A stretch of DNA of 56,063 nt from Octopus bimaculoides (GCF_001194135.2 NC_068982.1:126083345-126139407); one strand, 5' to 3'; counted from the first letter of the stretch, positions 22,294-34,416 are shown. The notes: a model not told the origin generated them from the letters alone. Numbers and translations are program-made.

Positions 22294-23224
22294 GTCTACT
22301 AAAAGCAGAATACAAATTTTCATGGCTGTGATATTTACTTTCAGTTTAAGCTATGAATAAGACTCAGAAACTTAATGACCTCAGAATGATTGAAGAAAAC
22401 TAACTAAAATTTTAAATTTTCACTGAGACTTACTTAAAATGACACTGGCATATAACTAAATTTGGATTTTTCTGATAATGAATTTATCTTTTCTTTTTCT
22501 CCTTTTCTCTCTCTCTTCCCCCCCCCCTCTCTTTCTCTTTTAGATTTTATTTTGAAGTATCACTAAAATAACTAGCTCAGTTTGATATTTCCTGGTGCAT
22601 TATTTTAGAAAATATCTTAGAAAACTGAAATGGAAATTTTTAAAATAGAAAAGTCCTCACAGAAATACAGAATTAATAGAATTCTGTTTCAGTTCCATGT
22701 TTCCAAAAAGGCTATTACAATAGAAAAAAAAAATACAGTTATAAATTAAGTGAAATAATCTAAATTTTTGTTGTTTCTGTTAATGTAGTTGCTGCTAATG
22801 GAGATATTAGTAATTTGAATAATTACAACCATTAAAATTGTTTAGAACCATAGCCATATTCTGATTCCACAATAGATACCAACTTGAAGTTTAAATCTTT
22901 GACAGATTCAAATGAAAATATTTTATGGCACTCAAGATCAAAATCTCTAATGGTTAGTAGAAAGATATTCAATCACATTTCTGATTTAAAACTAAAATTA
23001 TTTTCTCTGCAGTGGATTTTGTCACTAAACTTGATATCATTGTTCAGTTTTTGTAATTTTTAAAATTCATTTTATTCCACTTTACTGTTATATACGTATG
23101 AAGTTATTACTTTAGTGTTAATCTTATGGTTCTTACCACAAAAATATATTATTCTGCAAAAGTTTTATAAATTCAAGTTATCAATTAATGAAACATATGT
23201 TAGTACATGCCTAGCCAACTAGTT

Positions 23225-23345
23225 AGAACAAGGTTCTAGGTGTGATTCCACCCTTAAACACCTTGGGCAAATGTCTTCCATTGTTATCTTTAGTTTACCA
23301 ATACTTGCATGTAGAATTTGGTAAACAGAAATTATATAGAAGGGC
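23225..23345 (+). mobile_element. SINE family B, degraded
   Basis: caccttgggcaaatgtcttc...gaatttggtaaacagaaa. Confidence 0.6.
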
Positions 23346-23720
23346 TCTTGTGTGGGTGGCACATAAGATGCACCATTTTGAGCGTGGCCATTGCCAGTAC
23401 CGCCTGACTGGCTTCCGTAAGATTTTTGAGCGAGATCGTTGCCAGTGCCCCTGGACTGGCTTGTGCGGGTGGCACATAAAAGACACCATTTCGAGCGTGG
23501 CCGTTGCCAGTATCGCCTGACTGGCCTTCGTGCAGGTGACACGTAAAAGCACCTACTACACTCTCTGAGTGGTTGGCGTTAGGAAGGGCATCCAGCTGTA
23601 GAAACTCTGCCAAATTTAGATTGGAGCCTGGTGTTGCCATCTGGTTTCACCAGTCCTCAGTCAAATAGTCCAACCCATGCTAGCATGGAAAGCGGACGTT
23701 AAACGATGATGATGATGATG
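23345..23720 (+). mobile_element. RTE LINE 3' UTR fragment (family A) with extra subrepeats
   Basis: Three tandem gtggcacataa...ttgagcg..g..gttgccagt units, then the core and (GAT)n tail. Confidence 0.85.
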
Positions 23721-23724
23721 TTGT

Positions 23725-23958
23725 GGCAAGCTGGCAGAAATGTTAGCATGCTGGGTGAAATGCTTAGCAGCATTTGGTCTGCCGCTGCATTCTGAGTTCA
23801 AATTCTGCCGAGGTCGACTTAGCTTTTCATCCTTCCGGGGTTGATTAAATAAGTACCAGTTACGCACTGGGATCGATGTAATCGACTTAATCCCTTTGAC
23901 TGTCCTTGTTTGTCCCCTCTATCTTTAGCCCCTTGTGGGCAATAAAGAAATAAGAAAT
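23725..23958 (+). mobile_element. SINE family C, tail type A
   Basis: gcaagctggcagaaatgttagc...gttcaaattc..gaggtcgacttagc..ttcatcc...gtaccag...gggcaataaagaaataagaa. Confidence 0.85.
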
Positions 23959-24754
23959 TATATAGAACACAGTTGGCAACTTCGCAAGTGCTGGTGCTAT
24001 GATAAAATGAACTGAGTACATGTTGAGGTATAAGTGGAGACATCATAGGTTCAAGAAAACACATAGTCTCGCCTTGTCAAAAACATGACAACCTCTTTAG
24101 TGCTGGTGCCAAAAGAAAAAAAAGTGTATCCAGTTCATTCTGTAAAGTGATTGGAAAATGAACAGAGATATTTTAGGATAAGGACACTTTTGACTTTTGT
24201 CTTGTCAAGGACATAACAGCCTCTGTAGTGATGGTACCACTATAAAATGCACCCAGTACACTCTGTAATGTGGTTGGTGTTGTGAAGGGAATCTGTTGAT
24301 GGAAATCATGGCAAAAGGATGATAGATGCATGATGCATGGTTGAGGAACTATGCCTAGGAGAACAGTAACTCCAGAGTAAAACTTACTTGATCCTGATGT
24401 AAAATGATGACAATATGCATGTATATTTATATTTGTGTATACTACCATAAAGAGCATATCAAGTTATCTCATCCTCTTCTTCTGACTGAGAATTATTAAT
24501 GCAGTATCTAACAGTTGAATGCCCTTACTGTTGCTAACCATTACCTGTTTTTTATAAGGTACCTTTTATTCCGCAAGTCTTCACAAAAAAAACATTGAGC
24601 TACAAGATGTTTTTTTATGAAAGTAAACATGACATTACCATTGCAAAGACGCAGGGAAAGTAAACATTTATTACACACACACATACACACACTCACACAC
24701 ACTCACAAACATGCACACATACACATGCATATATCATGAGTTTTTAGATTCTGT

Positions 24755-24900
24755 GTACCAGTTTCATTGTCAAGGTGTTGATCAGGCCAAAGCTATACAA
24801 TAAGTGATACTTGTCCAAGGTGTCACACAGTAGGAGAGAACCCAAAACTACATGGTTTTGAAGTAAATTCCATATCCACACTGCTATACCTGCACCTGTG
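24755..24900 (-). mobile_element. SINE family B
   Basis: gatacttgtccaaggtg...gaacccaaaactacatgg...ccacactgctatacctgcacc. Confidence 0.6.
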
Positions 24901-25076
24901 TGTATCATCGAAAAGTAATTCAACCATTCAATAAATAAAATCAATAAAAGAAGTACAAGACTGAAAAAAAATGTAGCGTAGTCAATAATATTGATTAAAT
25001 CATACTAAGTAGTACCTTATCATGGCTGGAGTTCATTGTCTGAAACCAGTAAAAGAATAAAAGAAATATTATGCCA

Positions 25077-25119
<43 letters not shown>

Positions 25120-25636
25120 GTGCTTATATGAAAGATTGTAAGGAATGGAGAAGGTAAATAAAGACTACATATGTTTCAAAACTAGACTTGATATGTTTTA
25201 CATAACTTATAACCAATACTAAAACAGTTTAGCTAACCCTCAGGTCAAATTACTGGTGGTTTTTTACATCATCACATTGAGATGAGTCTTCCCGATATGA
25301 TGATATAAACAACTGCTGATTAAATTAGCTAAACTGTTTTAATATTTGTTATGAGTTATGTAAAATATATTAAGCTTAGCTTTGAAACATATGTAGTCTT
25401 TATTTACCTTTTCCATTCCTTAAATTTTTTAATTTATATTTGCATTATTAGCAATTTGCATCGCTAAATTGTGAGTTGTATAGTAGCTGTTAACATTGAA
25501 ATTTCCAGTTATTTCAATATAGTACAAACTGTAGAACATACACCAGTTATTAAATTTTCTTTGTCATATATTATCCATTTTTTGTCATCTATACAAACTG
25601 TCTACATGCTTGATGGTTACTAACTTCTTGTACCAG

Positions 25637-25780
25637 CATTAATTTGGATCGTACTGCTCTTTATGTGTATGTGCGGCTGTTTATGTCAAGCTAAACACAA
25701 AAACAAACTATTTAAGATTATACTGAAGGATCATTCAATAATTTTTAGTAGAGTATACAATAAATATCTACAAGATAAAG
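25637..25780 (+). CDS. Candidate exon encoding a hydrophobic, Cys-rich then basic segment
   Basis: Branch-point-like ctaac plus ttcttgtaccag/; open LIWIVLLFMCMCGCLCQAKHKNKLFKIILK...YLQDK. Joins in phase to 23013-23052 (WILSLNLISLFSF), giving a TM-like stretch. Confidence 0.3.
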
Positions 25781-25838
25781 GTTGACTGTGACCAAAGTTT
25801 TAGCTTGCACACCTTCATCATGTGTTTGTGTGTGAGTG

Positions 25839-25878
<40 letters not shown>

Positions 25879-25892
25879 TATGCATGTGTGCG

Positions 25893-26490
25893 TGAGAAGA
25901 CCTGGCAAGCCAAGTGAGACCTAAATCCAAAGCCTCTGCCAGGGGTATAGCCAGCCCACTTATGCGTACCTTCCTTCATTGGACACTAAACTCCGCTTGC
26001 GAAGACCTGTTGCAGCAAGTGAAATCGAAATCGAACTAAATTCGACGACTGGCACCCATGCCAACGTCGTCTCCTTCATTGGACACGAAACTCGGCTTGC
26101 GAAGACTTATTGAGGCAAGCAAAAGCGAAATCGTGATGGCACCTGTGCCCAGCGTCACCATCCTGGTACATGTGCCGGTAGCACGTGTAAAGACATTCGA
26201 GCGAGATCGTTGCCAGTGCCACTGGACTGGCTCCTGTGCAGGTGGCACATAAAATACACCATTTTGAGCGTGGCCGTTGCCAGTACTGCCTGACTTGCCT
26301 TCGTGCCGGTGGCATGTAAAAGCACCCACTACACTCTCTGAGTGGTTGGCATTAGGAAGGGCATCCAGCTGTGGAAACTCTGTCAAATCAGATTGGAGCC
26401 TGGTGTAGCCATCTAGTTCGCCAGTCCTCAGTCAAATCGTCCAACCCATGCTAGCATGGAAGGTGGACGGTAAACGATGATGATGATGAT
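25893..26490 (+). mobile_element. Longest RTE LINE 3' end: last codons of the ORF plus complete 3' UTR (family A)
   Basis: Begins gagaagacctggcaagccaagtga (EKTWQAK*); contains a duplicated ccttcattggacac.aaact..gcttgcgaagac block, subrepeats, core and (GAT)n tail. Confidence 0.8.
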
Positions 26491-26946
26491 ATATACACAA
26501 ACATGCTGTTATTCTAAAGCAATTTTAATGCAGAGCTAAATATATATTCTTATAGAAATAATATAATTTTTATCATACATTGGCATATTTCAAAGCCCTG
26601 ATTGATTGTGAAACTCTAACAATATATAAATAACTTAAATGAAAGAGAGAGAGACACACAGACAGACTGACAAATAGACAGAGATAGAGAGAGAAAGAGA
26701 CAGAGATATATAGGGAAGAGGGAAACAGAAAGAGAGAGAGAGAGGGTATGTGTGAGGGAAAGAGAGAGAAGGAGTGTGTGTACACACCTGGTTTAGAATG
26801 CACTAAAGTTGAATTAGACCCAACTAGATCAAAATTATAATTCTTTACTGGTCAAATTGACATATTCACTCCAAGGGTCATGAATAGACAATTATTTTAT
26901 AACATGGCTAAATATATATTTTTGTATATGATTAATTTGTTCACAT

Positions 26947-27375
26947 AGGTGCAGGCATGGATGTGTGGTAAGAAGCTTGCTTCCCACCACATGGTTCAGG
27001 GTTCAGTCTCACTCCATGGCACCCTGGACAAGTGTCTTCTACTATAGCATCATGCCAGCCAAAGCCTTTCAAGTGGATTTGATAGACAGAAACTGAAAGA
27101 AGCTTGTTATATATATATGTATATATTTATGTGTGTGTGTGTGTATCTGTGTTTTTCCCCCCCCACCCTAACCCCTACCATCGCTTGACAACTGATGCTG
27201 GTGTGTTTATGCCCCTGTAACTTAGTGTTTCAGCAAAAGAGACTGATAGAATGACTACTAAGCTTGCAAAGAATAAACTCTGGGGGTTGATTTCTTCGAC
27301 TAAAACCCTTTAAGGCAGTGCTCCAGCATGGCCACTGTCAAACGACTGAAACAAGTAAAAGAATAAAAGAATATA
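26947..27375 (+). mobile_element. Full-length composite SINE family B
   Basis: tRNA-like head, body, internal (TA)/(TG)n, then ccatcgcttgacaactgatgctgg...gtgctccagcatggcc...gactgaaacaagtaaaaga. Confidence 0.8.
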
Positions 27376-27644
27376 AAAAGGAATGCTTATAGCTTGTTCA
27401 CTTGTATCATTCAGGCTCACATTTGTATTTTTTTTCTCTGTATTGGTGTATGTTGGACACACTTATTTGAGGCAGTATTTTAAAGTTGGATATTCTCCCT
27501 GTCACCAACCACAAGAGTTCAAAACAGCAGAACTATAGAATGTAATAGCTACCAGGAATGTAAATACAACACCGTGTGTAGTTCAGGTGACCGCATGTGA
27601 AGCAGAGGAAGTGACCACTTCATGAACATACACTCACATAAATG

Positions 27645-27830
27645 CTGACATGGTTGTGTGGTTAAGATGTTTTCTTCCCAACTATGTGGTTTTGGGTTCA
27701 GTCCTATAATAGCATGGCAACTGGGCAAGTTTTTTTCTACTATAGGTCCAGGCTAATGAAAGCCTTGTAAGTGGATTTAGCAGATGGAAACTAAAAGAAG
27801 CCTGTCATGTGTGTGTGTGTGTGTGTGTGC
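27645..27830 (+). mobile_element. SINE family B
   Basis: gacatggttgtgtggttaag...gggttcagtcc...gtggatttagcagatggaaact, then (TG)n. Confidence 0.7.
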
Positions 27831-28291
27831 ACTTCCTTGTTTTGATGTCATGTAATATTTGTAAATGAGTGTTCACAGTTAAACAAGCTGCATCATCTGT
27901 TTCTAATCCTCCATGAAAGCACGTTTGCTCAAGGGGAAATATTATCTGACTTGGAAACAAGCAAAGGGGGCAACAGTAAAGTCAATGAACTGCTGAAACT
28001 TTGCCTTAATGAATTCCCTTAGACTGCTACAAACACAGAAAAGCGGACGTTAAAAGACACTAATAAGCATATATATCTGTATATGAATATGTACATATGC
28101 GTATGTGTGTGTATACACAAACACACACACACACACACACATACACACAAATACATACACATATATAGTGAAAAGTGATGAAATATTTAAATGAAATGTT
28201 ACACTTGCTTTTGTTACTAAAACTATTCTAAAAATATTGCAGTCATTCTCTTAATGTTATTGTGTATTTTCACCCATGTTTTGTGCATGTG

Positions 28292-28329
<38 letters not shown>

Positions 28330-28333
<4 letters not shown>

Positions 28334-28545
28334 CATACCCATATGCACATACACATGTGTTGGTGTATGTGTGGCGGGTGATAAGCTTCCATGTAGTTGC
28401 TTTCTGCCTGCCAATTCCATTCATAAGGAATTTGTTTGCCTGAAGCTATAGCAGAAGACACTAGCCCAAAGAGCCATGCAGTTGAACTGAGCCAAGGACA
28501 CTCGATTGCAAAGCAAACTTCTGAATCACTCAACCATACCTGACA
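28330..28545 (-). mobile_element. SINE family B, degraded
   Basis: gctatagcagaagacactagcccaa...gcaaagcaaacttc...accatacctgacacc. Confidence 0.55.
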
Positions 28546-29097
28546 CCTCTAATGTATTACAATATTTAAATTTTGCTTTTAAGTTCAATCCAGCCATCAA
28601 TCAGCCATTTTATTTCACCTGAAACATGTAATTCTCATACATTAGAGTTACATGTCACAAAAGCCTGCCTTTACAAGCTCACATTAAAAAGTGTTTGTTT
28701 AATAAAATAACTTAGAGAAATAACTTATTTTCCTCGGAGAAAATATAATCCATTAATACTTCTGAATAACTAAGATCAAATCTGAGAAATTTGGATCCCT
28801 ATTCTATCTTGCTTATTGCTGAACCCCTGATATGTAACAAAAGCACAAAAGAAATCAATCTTTGTTTGGGATGGATGAAATTCACTGTGGTAGATTTTCT
28901 GTAGTTAGATGCCCTTCCTGTTGCTAACCTTTACGTGTTTTCAAACAAGGTAATATTTTCCAAGAGCCAGACATATTTTCATGGGAGATTGGAAATAAAG
29001 GACACCATTGGTATGATGATGACACTCCTTTACAACTATTGCATCATGTCAAGACAAGAAGGCACAAACAGATACATACAAATATTTGTATATGTTG

Positions 29098-29487
29098 TTG
29101 TTGTTGTTGGCACTCCATCGCTTACGATGTCGAGGGTTCCAGTTGATCCGATCAATGGAACAGCCTGCTCGTGCAATTAACGTGCAAATGGCTGAGCACT
29201 CCACAGACACGTGTACCCTTAACGTAGTTCTCGGGAAGATTCAGCGTGACACAGTGTGACAAGGTTGGCCCTTTGAATTACAGGCACAACAGAAACAGGA
29301 AGTAAGAGTGAGAGAAAGTTGTGGTGAAAGAGTACAGCAGGGTTCGTCACCATCCCCTGCCGGAGCCTCATGGAGCTTTAGGTGTTTTCGCTCAATAAAC
29401 ACTCACAATGCCCGGTCTGGGAATCAGAACCGCGATCTTATGTCTGTGAGTCCGCTGTCCTAACCACTGGGCCATTGCGCCTCCACA
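29098..29487 (-). mobile_element. Full-length young tRNA-derived SINE family E
   Basis: Minus head gtggaggcgcaatggcccagtggttagg (A box) ...ggttctgattcccagacc (B-box-like); CpG-rich body; (CAA)n tail. Confidence 0.85.
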
Positions 29488-29489
29488 TT

Positions 29490-29665
29490 TGTATATGTAT
29501 ACAGTAGACTTCCTTCAGATTCTGCCTACCAAATCCACCAACAAGGCTTTAGTTGGCCTGAGGCAGTAATAAAAAACACCTACCCAAAGTGCTAGCTGTA
29601 GAACTGAACCCAAAGCCATATGGTAGAGAAGGAAACTTCTTAACCACACAACTATGGTGGCACCA
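29490..29665 (-). mobile_element. SINE family B
   Basis: gcctaccaaatccaccaacaaggct...ctacccaaagtg...gaactgaaccc...ttcttaaccacaca. Confidence 0.7.
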
Positions 29666-30188
29666 ATAATTGTGTATGGAAAAAAAGTGTATATAAAAAT
29701 TAACTTGTAGTGAATAGTTCCTAGATTCCATGTATCTATAAAACAATAAATTATTTCATACAGTGTACAATCATAACTATTGGATTTAAAAAAAAGAAAA
29801 AAACGAAAAAACTGATAATTTTTAGTAGTTTTGAGATTGCATAAAAAAAACCTGTGAACATATATTTTTATACCATTGCTGTAAAATGTGCAGATTATAA
29901 CATTTCTGCATACTTAACCCATCAGACATTAGATGGATATTGCTTTCTAATCTCAACAATTCTTGACTGAAAGAGTTCCTCACGGATATTTAATCTTTAT
30001 CCTCTTATAGTTAATTGAATATCTAACAAAACTGAAGAAACACACTTTATGATAGTCACACTTTCAAACTTTAGTCAAAATATATTTAACTGTATTGACA
30101 CGCTCACAAGCTACAATCTTTGCCTCACTTCATCACTCTTCTTTCAAAATAATGTTCAGCTGATATAAATTTGTAAATTTGTGAATAA

Positions 30189-30420
30189 GACGGTGAGCTG
30201 GCAGAAACGTTAGCACGCTGGGCGAAATGCTTAGCGGTATTTCCTCTGCCGTTATGTTCTGAGTTCAAATTCCGCCAAGGTCGACTTTGCCTTTCATCCT
30301 TTCAGGGTCGATAAATTAAGTACCAGTTACGCACTGGGGTCGATGTAATCGACTTAATCCCTTTGTCTGTCCTTGTTTGTCCCCTCTATGTTTAGCCCCT
30401 TGTGGGCAATAGAGAAATAA
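30189..30420 (+). mobile_element. SINE family C, tail type A, young, with a possible 16-bp TSD
   Basis: Near-consensus copy flanked by ataaatttgtaaattt (30165-30180) and ataaatttataaattt (30420-30435). Confidence 0.9.
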
Positions 30421-30489
30421 TAAATTTATAAATTTTCCTTGCCTATGGTACACTGTAAGTATTTGTATGTAGGTGCAAATGTATGTATG

Positions 30490-30770
30490 TTCTTCTCTTC
30501 CTCTTTTTAATTTAGAGTAAAGTTTCGACCAGCCACCTACTTGGTTGCAAAGTTGTGAAGTAAAGTATCCTGTTTAGTTCATCATTCTTTAAATCTTAAT
30601 AGTCCCAGATATCATGATCATTTGTAGTGTATGAATTAAGGAATCGCGTTCTCTCCCCAAGAATCTTAGTTTAACCAACTTTGCTCCAAATGGGTTGGTA
30701 TGTACCCTGTTGTTCCAATAATAATAGATATGAAGCTGAAAGTGTATCTTGGATACTAGATTTGCATACT
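30490..30770 (-). mobile_element. RLE-clade non-LTR retrotransposon, 3' fragment
   Basis: Degraded ..QDTLSASYLLLLEQQG / YTFSFISIIIGTTGYIPTHLEQ resembles the end of the RLE domain; ends in catacatac. Confidence 0.6.
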
Positions 30771-30867
30771 ATGTATGTATGTATGTATGTATGTCAGTGA
30801 GTGAGTGAGTGAGTGAGTGAGTCAGTCATTATTCAGTTTTATTTCAAGATTTCTTGCCAATGTATGT

Positions 30868-31880
30868 ATGTCTCTTCTATTTTTTAAAATTATTATAAAT
30901 CTTCCACTGAGGAATGGAGTTAACACAAACAAATTCACATTTTGAACTTGAAAGAAGTCTTGCATATTTTTACTGTTACACTCACAGATTCTCCTTTAAG
31001 CAGTTACTAACAAAACCTAATGCTCCAATTATTATTGGTATGAATATGAATTCATTGTCTGGATATAGAATCTGGAGGTTTTGAAGCAGTTGTCCATAGA
31101 GACCCGCTTTTCAAAGAGATATTTATATCTGCAGGACAGCTAACTTCTGTGATGGTACATACCTTTGCTCATCCATCCCAAACAACAATATCCAGCCTTT
31201 TATGTTTACATTTGACAGACGTTTTGATGGGAATATTCCACCAGTATTCTTTGAGTTGGTGTTTATGAATGTATTCCATAGCAGAAAGATTTTCTCATTT
31301 TATTTCAGGACAGTCTTTTTTGCGGATGGCATTGTAAATTGTTTCAGCGACAACATCGTGCCACATAGGGAAGTAGTACCGTGATGACATTTTAGGACAG
31401 CTGCTAATCACATACGTGATGTCTTCCACAGAAACATGACATAGCCTACACATATGGCTGCATCTTGAGATTACAAGAGCATCACTGTCCCTCTTGTTCA
31501 CCTGATATTCTGAGGCAGTTTCCTGTTCCTGGATTGCAAACACATAACTCTCAAAGTTTGATGTGATGTAGTGGTCTTGTGTCCAAAAGAGGTTACACTT
31601 TGTGTCAATTCTTCTTCAAGCTTCCGGGCAACATACCCATGCATGATTTTTTTGTTTTTGTATGCTCCATCCAGGTCTTCTCTGAGGCAAGAGAGCCCAG
31701 CTGTTTTGTGGCTGTACAGGAAATCATCAGGAAGCGAGTGCTTCCTGAGGAGGTCACTGCCAACTCGTACAATGTTGCTCACTTCACTTTTCAGCACTGC
31801 ATTTATATATTTATTTTCACTGCTGTTGTTTAGTAGGTGCTGCCTGAGTGATACCATACAGCATTTGAAGGCCGTCTGCA
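30868..31880 (-). mobile_element. RLE-clade (R4/NeSL-like) non-LTR retrotransposon, 5'-truncated
   Basis: FAIQEQE...CRLCHVSVEDITYVISSCPKMSSRYYFPMWHDVVAETIYN (CCHC knuckle), then WWNIPIKTSVKCKHKRLDIVVWD..CTITEVSCP (RLE). Frameshifted; flanked by (CATA)n at both ends. Confidence 0.85.
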
Positions 31881-31933
31881 CTGATGTATGTATGTTGTAT
31901 GTATGTATGTATGCATGCATGCATGTATGTATG

Positions 31934-32030
31934 TCATTGTTCAGATTTATTTAAGATTTTTTTGCCAATAGAGAAAGAGTCAGGTTCCTTCATTGGAATT
32001 TCAACATGAACAACAGGGTAGTTTTCTTTG
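31934..32030 (-). mobile_element. Short 3' tail of a second (CATA)n-associated element
   Basis: Minus strand ctctttctctattggcaaaaaatcttaaataaatctgaacaatgac(ATAC)n; a second copy lies at 30826-30862. Confidence 0.55.
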
Positions 32031-32061
32031 TTTGTATGTATGTATGTATGTATGTATGTAT

Positions 32062-32447
32062 ATGGCCAGATTTGTATGCTTTAGGTTGTAGCAGCAATTG
32101 TACTTCCTAGCACTCACGTGTCAGTAAGGGGAGGGTGGCTACTAGTAAGTAATAGTTTACCTCTCAAGGCACGATGGCACCGACCATGGTAAAAACCCTG
32201 CACCTGCTAGAGCCTATGTCAAAGTGTGCACTTTAGATTCGGCTGAGGAAATGCTTGAAACAAAACACTGGATTGACAGGCCACATTTGTTTAGGTGCAC
32301 TGCTATGGACAAGTGATCCATGGGACCACCCACATTAAAAGGGCGAAAGATTGTTGTTGAGGCACAGTGGTGGGGGATAGCCTAATTTGGCTACCTTCTC
32401 GCACTCTAGTGGCACTCTTTCCCTTCAGGGAAAGGCTATGTATGTAT
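32062..32447. repeat. Unclassified GC-richer element between two (TATG)n tracts
   Basis: About 385 bp of complex, CpG-containing sequence bounded on both sides by (TATG)n; no coding motif recognised. Confidence 0.35.
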
Positions 32448-32489
32448 GCATACTTCCATGCATATATGCAAGTTTCTCTTCTGTTGTGA

Positions 32490-32615
32490 ATCATTTACAT
32501 TCAGATTGGAGCCTGGTGCAGCCTTCTGGCTTGCCAGTCCTCAGTCAAATCGTCCAACCCATGCTAGCATGGAAAGCGGACATTAAACGATGATGATGAT
32601 GATGATGATGATGAT
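32490..32615 (+). mobile_element. Short RTE 3' UTR fragment (family A)
   Basis: tcagattggagcctggtgcagcc...ggaaagcggacattaaacgatgatg. Confidence 0.85.
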
Positions 32616-32869
32616 ATATGAGAGGTTTTGGTATGCAGAAGATCTAAAAGGTAGGTAAGGCTATGTAAGTGCTATGGAAGGATTGCTGTTAGACTCCTGG
32701 TTCGATAATAGTATGAGTGAGGAGACTAATGTGGGTCATGTGTGAGTGTGTATAGATGAAATAAAATGAGACAACAAAGCCAAGGCAGTGTGAAATAGGG
32801 CATTTTATAAAGAGAAAGGTAGTCTTACAGCTGTTTCAGGGATATAAAAGATATCCCATCATCAGAGAT

Positions 32870-33242
32870 GATATACTCAAGAAGACCTGTACTCAACAGG
32901 AGAAGTGTTAAGACCAGTCCCTCTAGTGATGTAAAGCACTCATGGTAGTGCCACATTAAAGTACCCATGTGGTGCCACATAAAAGCACCCAAGCAGTGCC
33001 ACGTAAAAACACCTATGCAGTACCATTTAAAAGCATGTGTGACACCATGTAAAAGCACTTGTGTGATGCCATGTAAAAGCACCCAGCACACTCTGTAAAC
33101 CAGTCGGCATCCAAGGGCATCCAACTGTAGAAACCATGCCAAATCAGACTGGAGTCTGGTGCAGCTCCTCAGCTTGCCAGCTCTGGTCATACCATCCAAC
33201 CGATGCCAGCATGGACAATGGACATTAAATGATGATGATGAT
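32870..33242 (+). mobile_element. RTE 3' UTR fragment (family A variant with many short gtgccac..aaaagcac subrepeats)
   Basis: About six short subrepeats at 32930-33085, then the core and (GAT)n tail. Confidence 0.7.
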
Positions 33243-33249
33243 ACAATGA

Positions 33250-33375
33250 GCTTCCACACAGCTTCCATTTGCCAAATTCACTCACAAGGCATTCCCAAGG
33301 TGCCATGCTATGGGACTGATCCTGAAGACACTTGGTTGTGCAGCAAGATTCTTAGTCATACAACTATACTTGTGT
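33250..33375 (-). mobile_element. SINE family B, internally deleted
   Basis: gccaaattcactcacaaggc...cccaaggtgccatgc...ttcttagtcatacaactatacttgtg. Confidence 0.55.
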
Positions 33376-33502
33376 CTGCATCATTCAAAACTATTTTCCA
33401 AGTATAAAGAAATATTTGTAATTTTAAAATTTTCTGTTTGAAAACATTTTATTTATGTTGTGTCTTGGGAAGCACACTTCACTTCTTTTTATTATAAGTC
33501 AA

Positions 33503-34310
33503 AGGTGGTGAGCTAGCAGAAATGTTAACATACCAGGGGAAATGCTTAGCAGTATTTGATCTGCTATTATGTTCTGAGTTCAAACTCCGCCGAGGTCGAC
33601 TTAGCCTTTCATCCTTTCGGGGTCGATTAAATAAGTACCAGTTACGCACTGGGGGTCGATGTAATTGACTTAATCCCTTTGTCTGTCCTTGTTTGTCCCC
33701 TCTATGTTTAGCCCCTTGTGGGCAATAAAGAAATAAGAAACGTTAACACGCTAGGCGAAATGCTTAGTGGTATTTCATCAGTCTTTACCTTCTGAGTTCA
33801 AATTCTGTCGAGGTCAACTTTGCCTTTGATCATTTTGGGGTCGATAATTTAAGTACCAGTTGTGTACTGAGGTAGATCTAATCAACTGGCTCCCTCCCCC
33901 AAAATTTCGGGCCTTTTGCCTAGAGTAGATAAGATTATAATAAGCCAACTTAAGGTAGCGAGCTGGTAGAATCATTAGCATGCCAGACAAAATGCTTGGT
34001 GGCTTTTTTCCCAACATCACATTCTGAGTTCAAATGTTGCTGGGGCCAACTTTGTTTTAATTCCTTTCAGAATGGAGTTAATGTAATCAACTTACCCTTC
34101 CCTGAACTTGCTGGCCTTGTGCCAAAATTTGAAACCATTATTTTAAGTCGAAATGTTAACCAGTTGATCCAATTTACAAATCGATTGTTTGATTAATCAT
34201 TCGTTTAATCAAACAGTCATTTGATTGATCAGAATCCAAATAATTTTAAGGTTGTAAGCTGGCAGAATCTTTAGAACACAGGGCAAAAATCATTTGGAGC
34301 ATTTTGTCTG
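33503..34310 (+). mobile_element. Head-to-tail array of family C SINEs (three copies plus a head fragment)
   Basis: Copies at about 33503-33738 (tail A), 33739-33940 (tail B, head starts at agaaacgttaac), 33953-34140 (tail C) and a head at 34250-34310. Confidence 0.85.
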
Positions 34311-34416
34311 TCTAATAAATTATTTCTTCTGGCATTTTTGCACCAGTCATTGTTATTGCATCCCTAGGAATTCTGATTTGTGTACCATGGTGAAAAGTTT
34401 CTTCATTGTGATTAAA

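Noticed and set aside
29420-29487. tRNA-like sequences with A and B boxes (also the heads of families B and C)
   Set aside because: They are SINE heads with attached bodies and tails, and I could not fold an intact cloverleaf.
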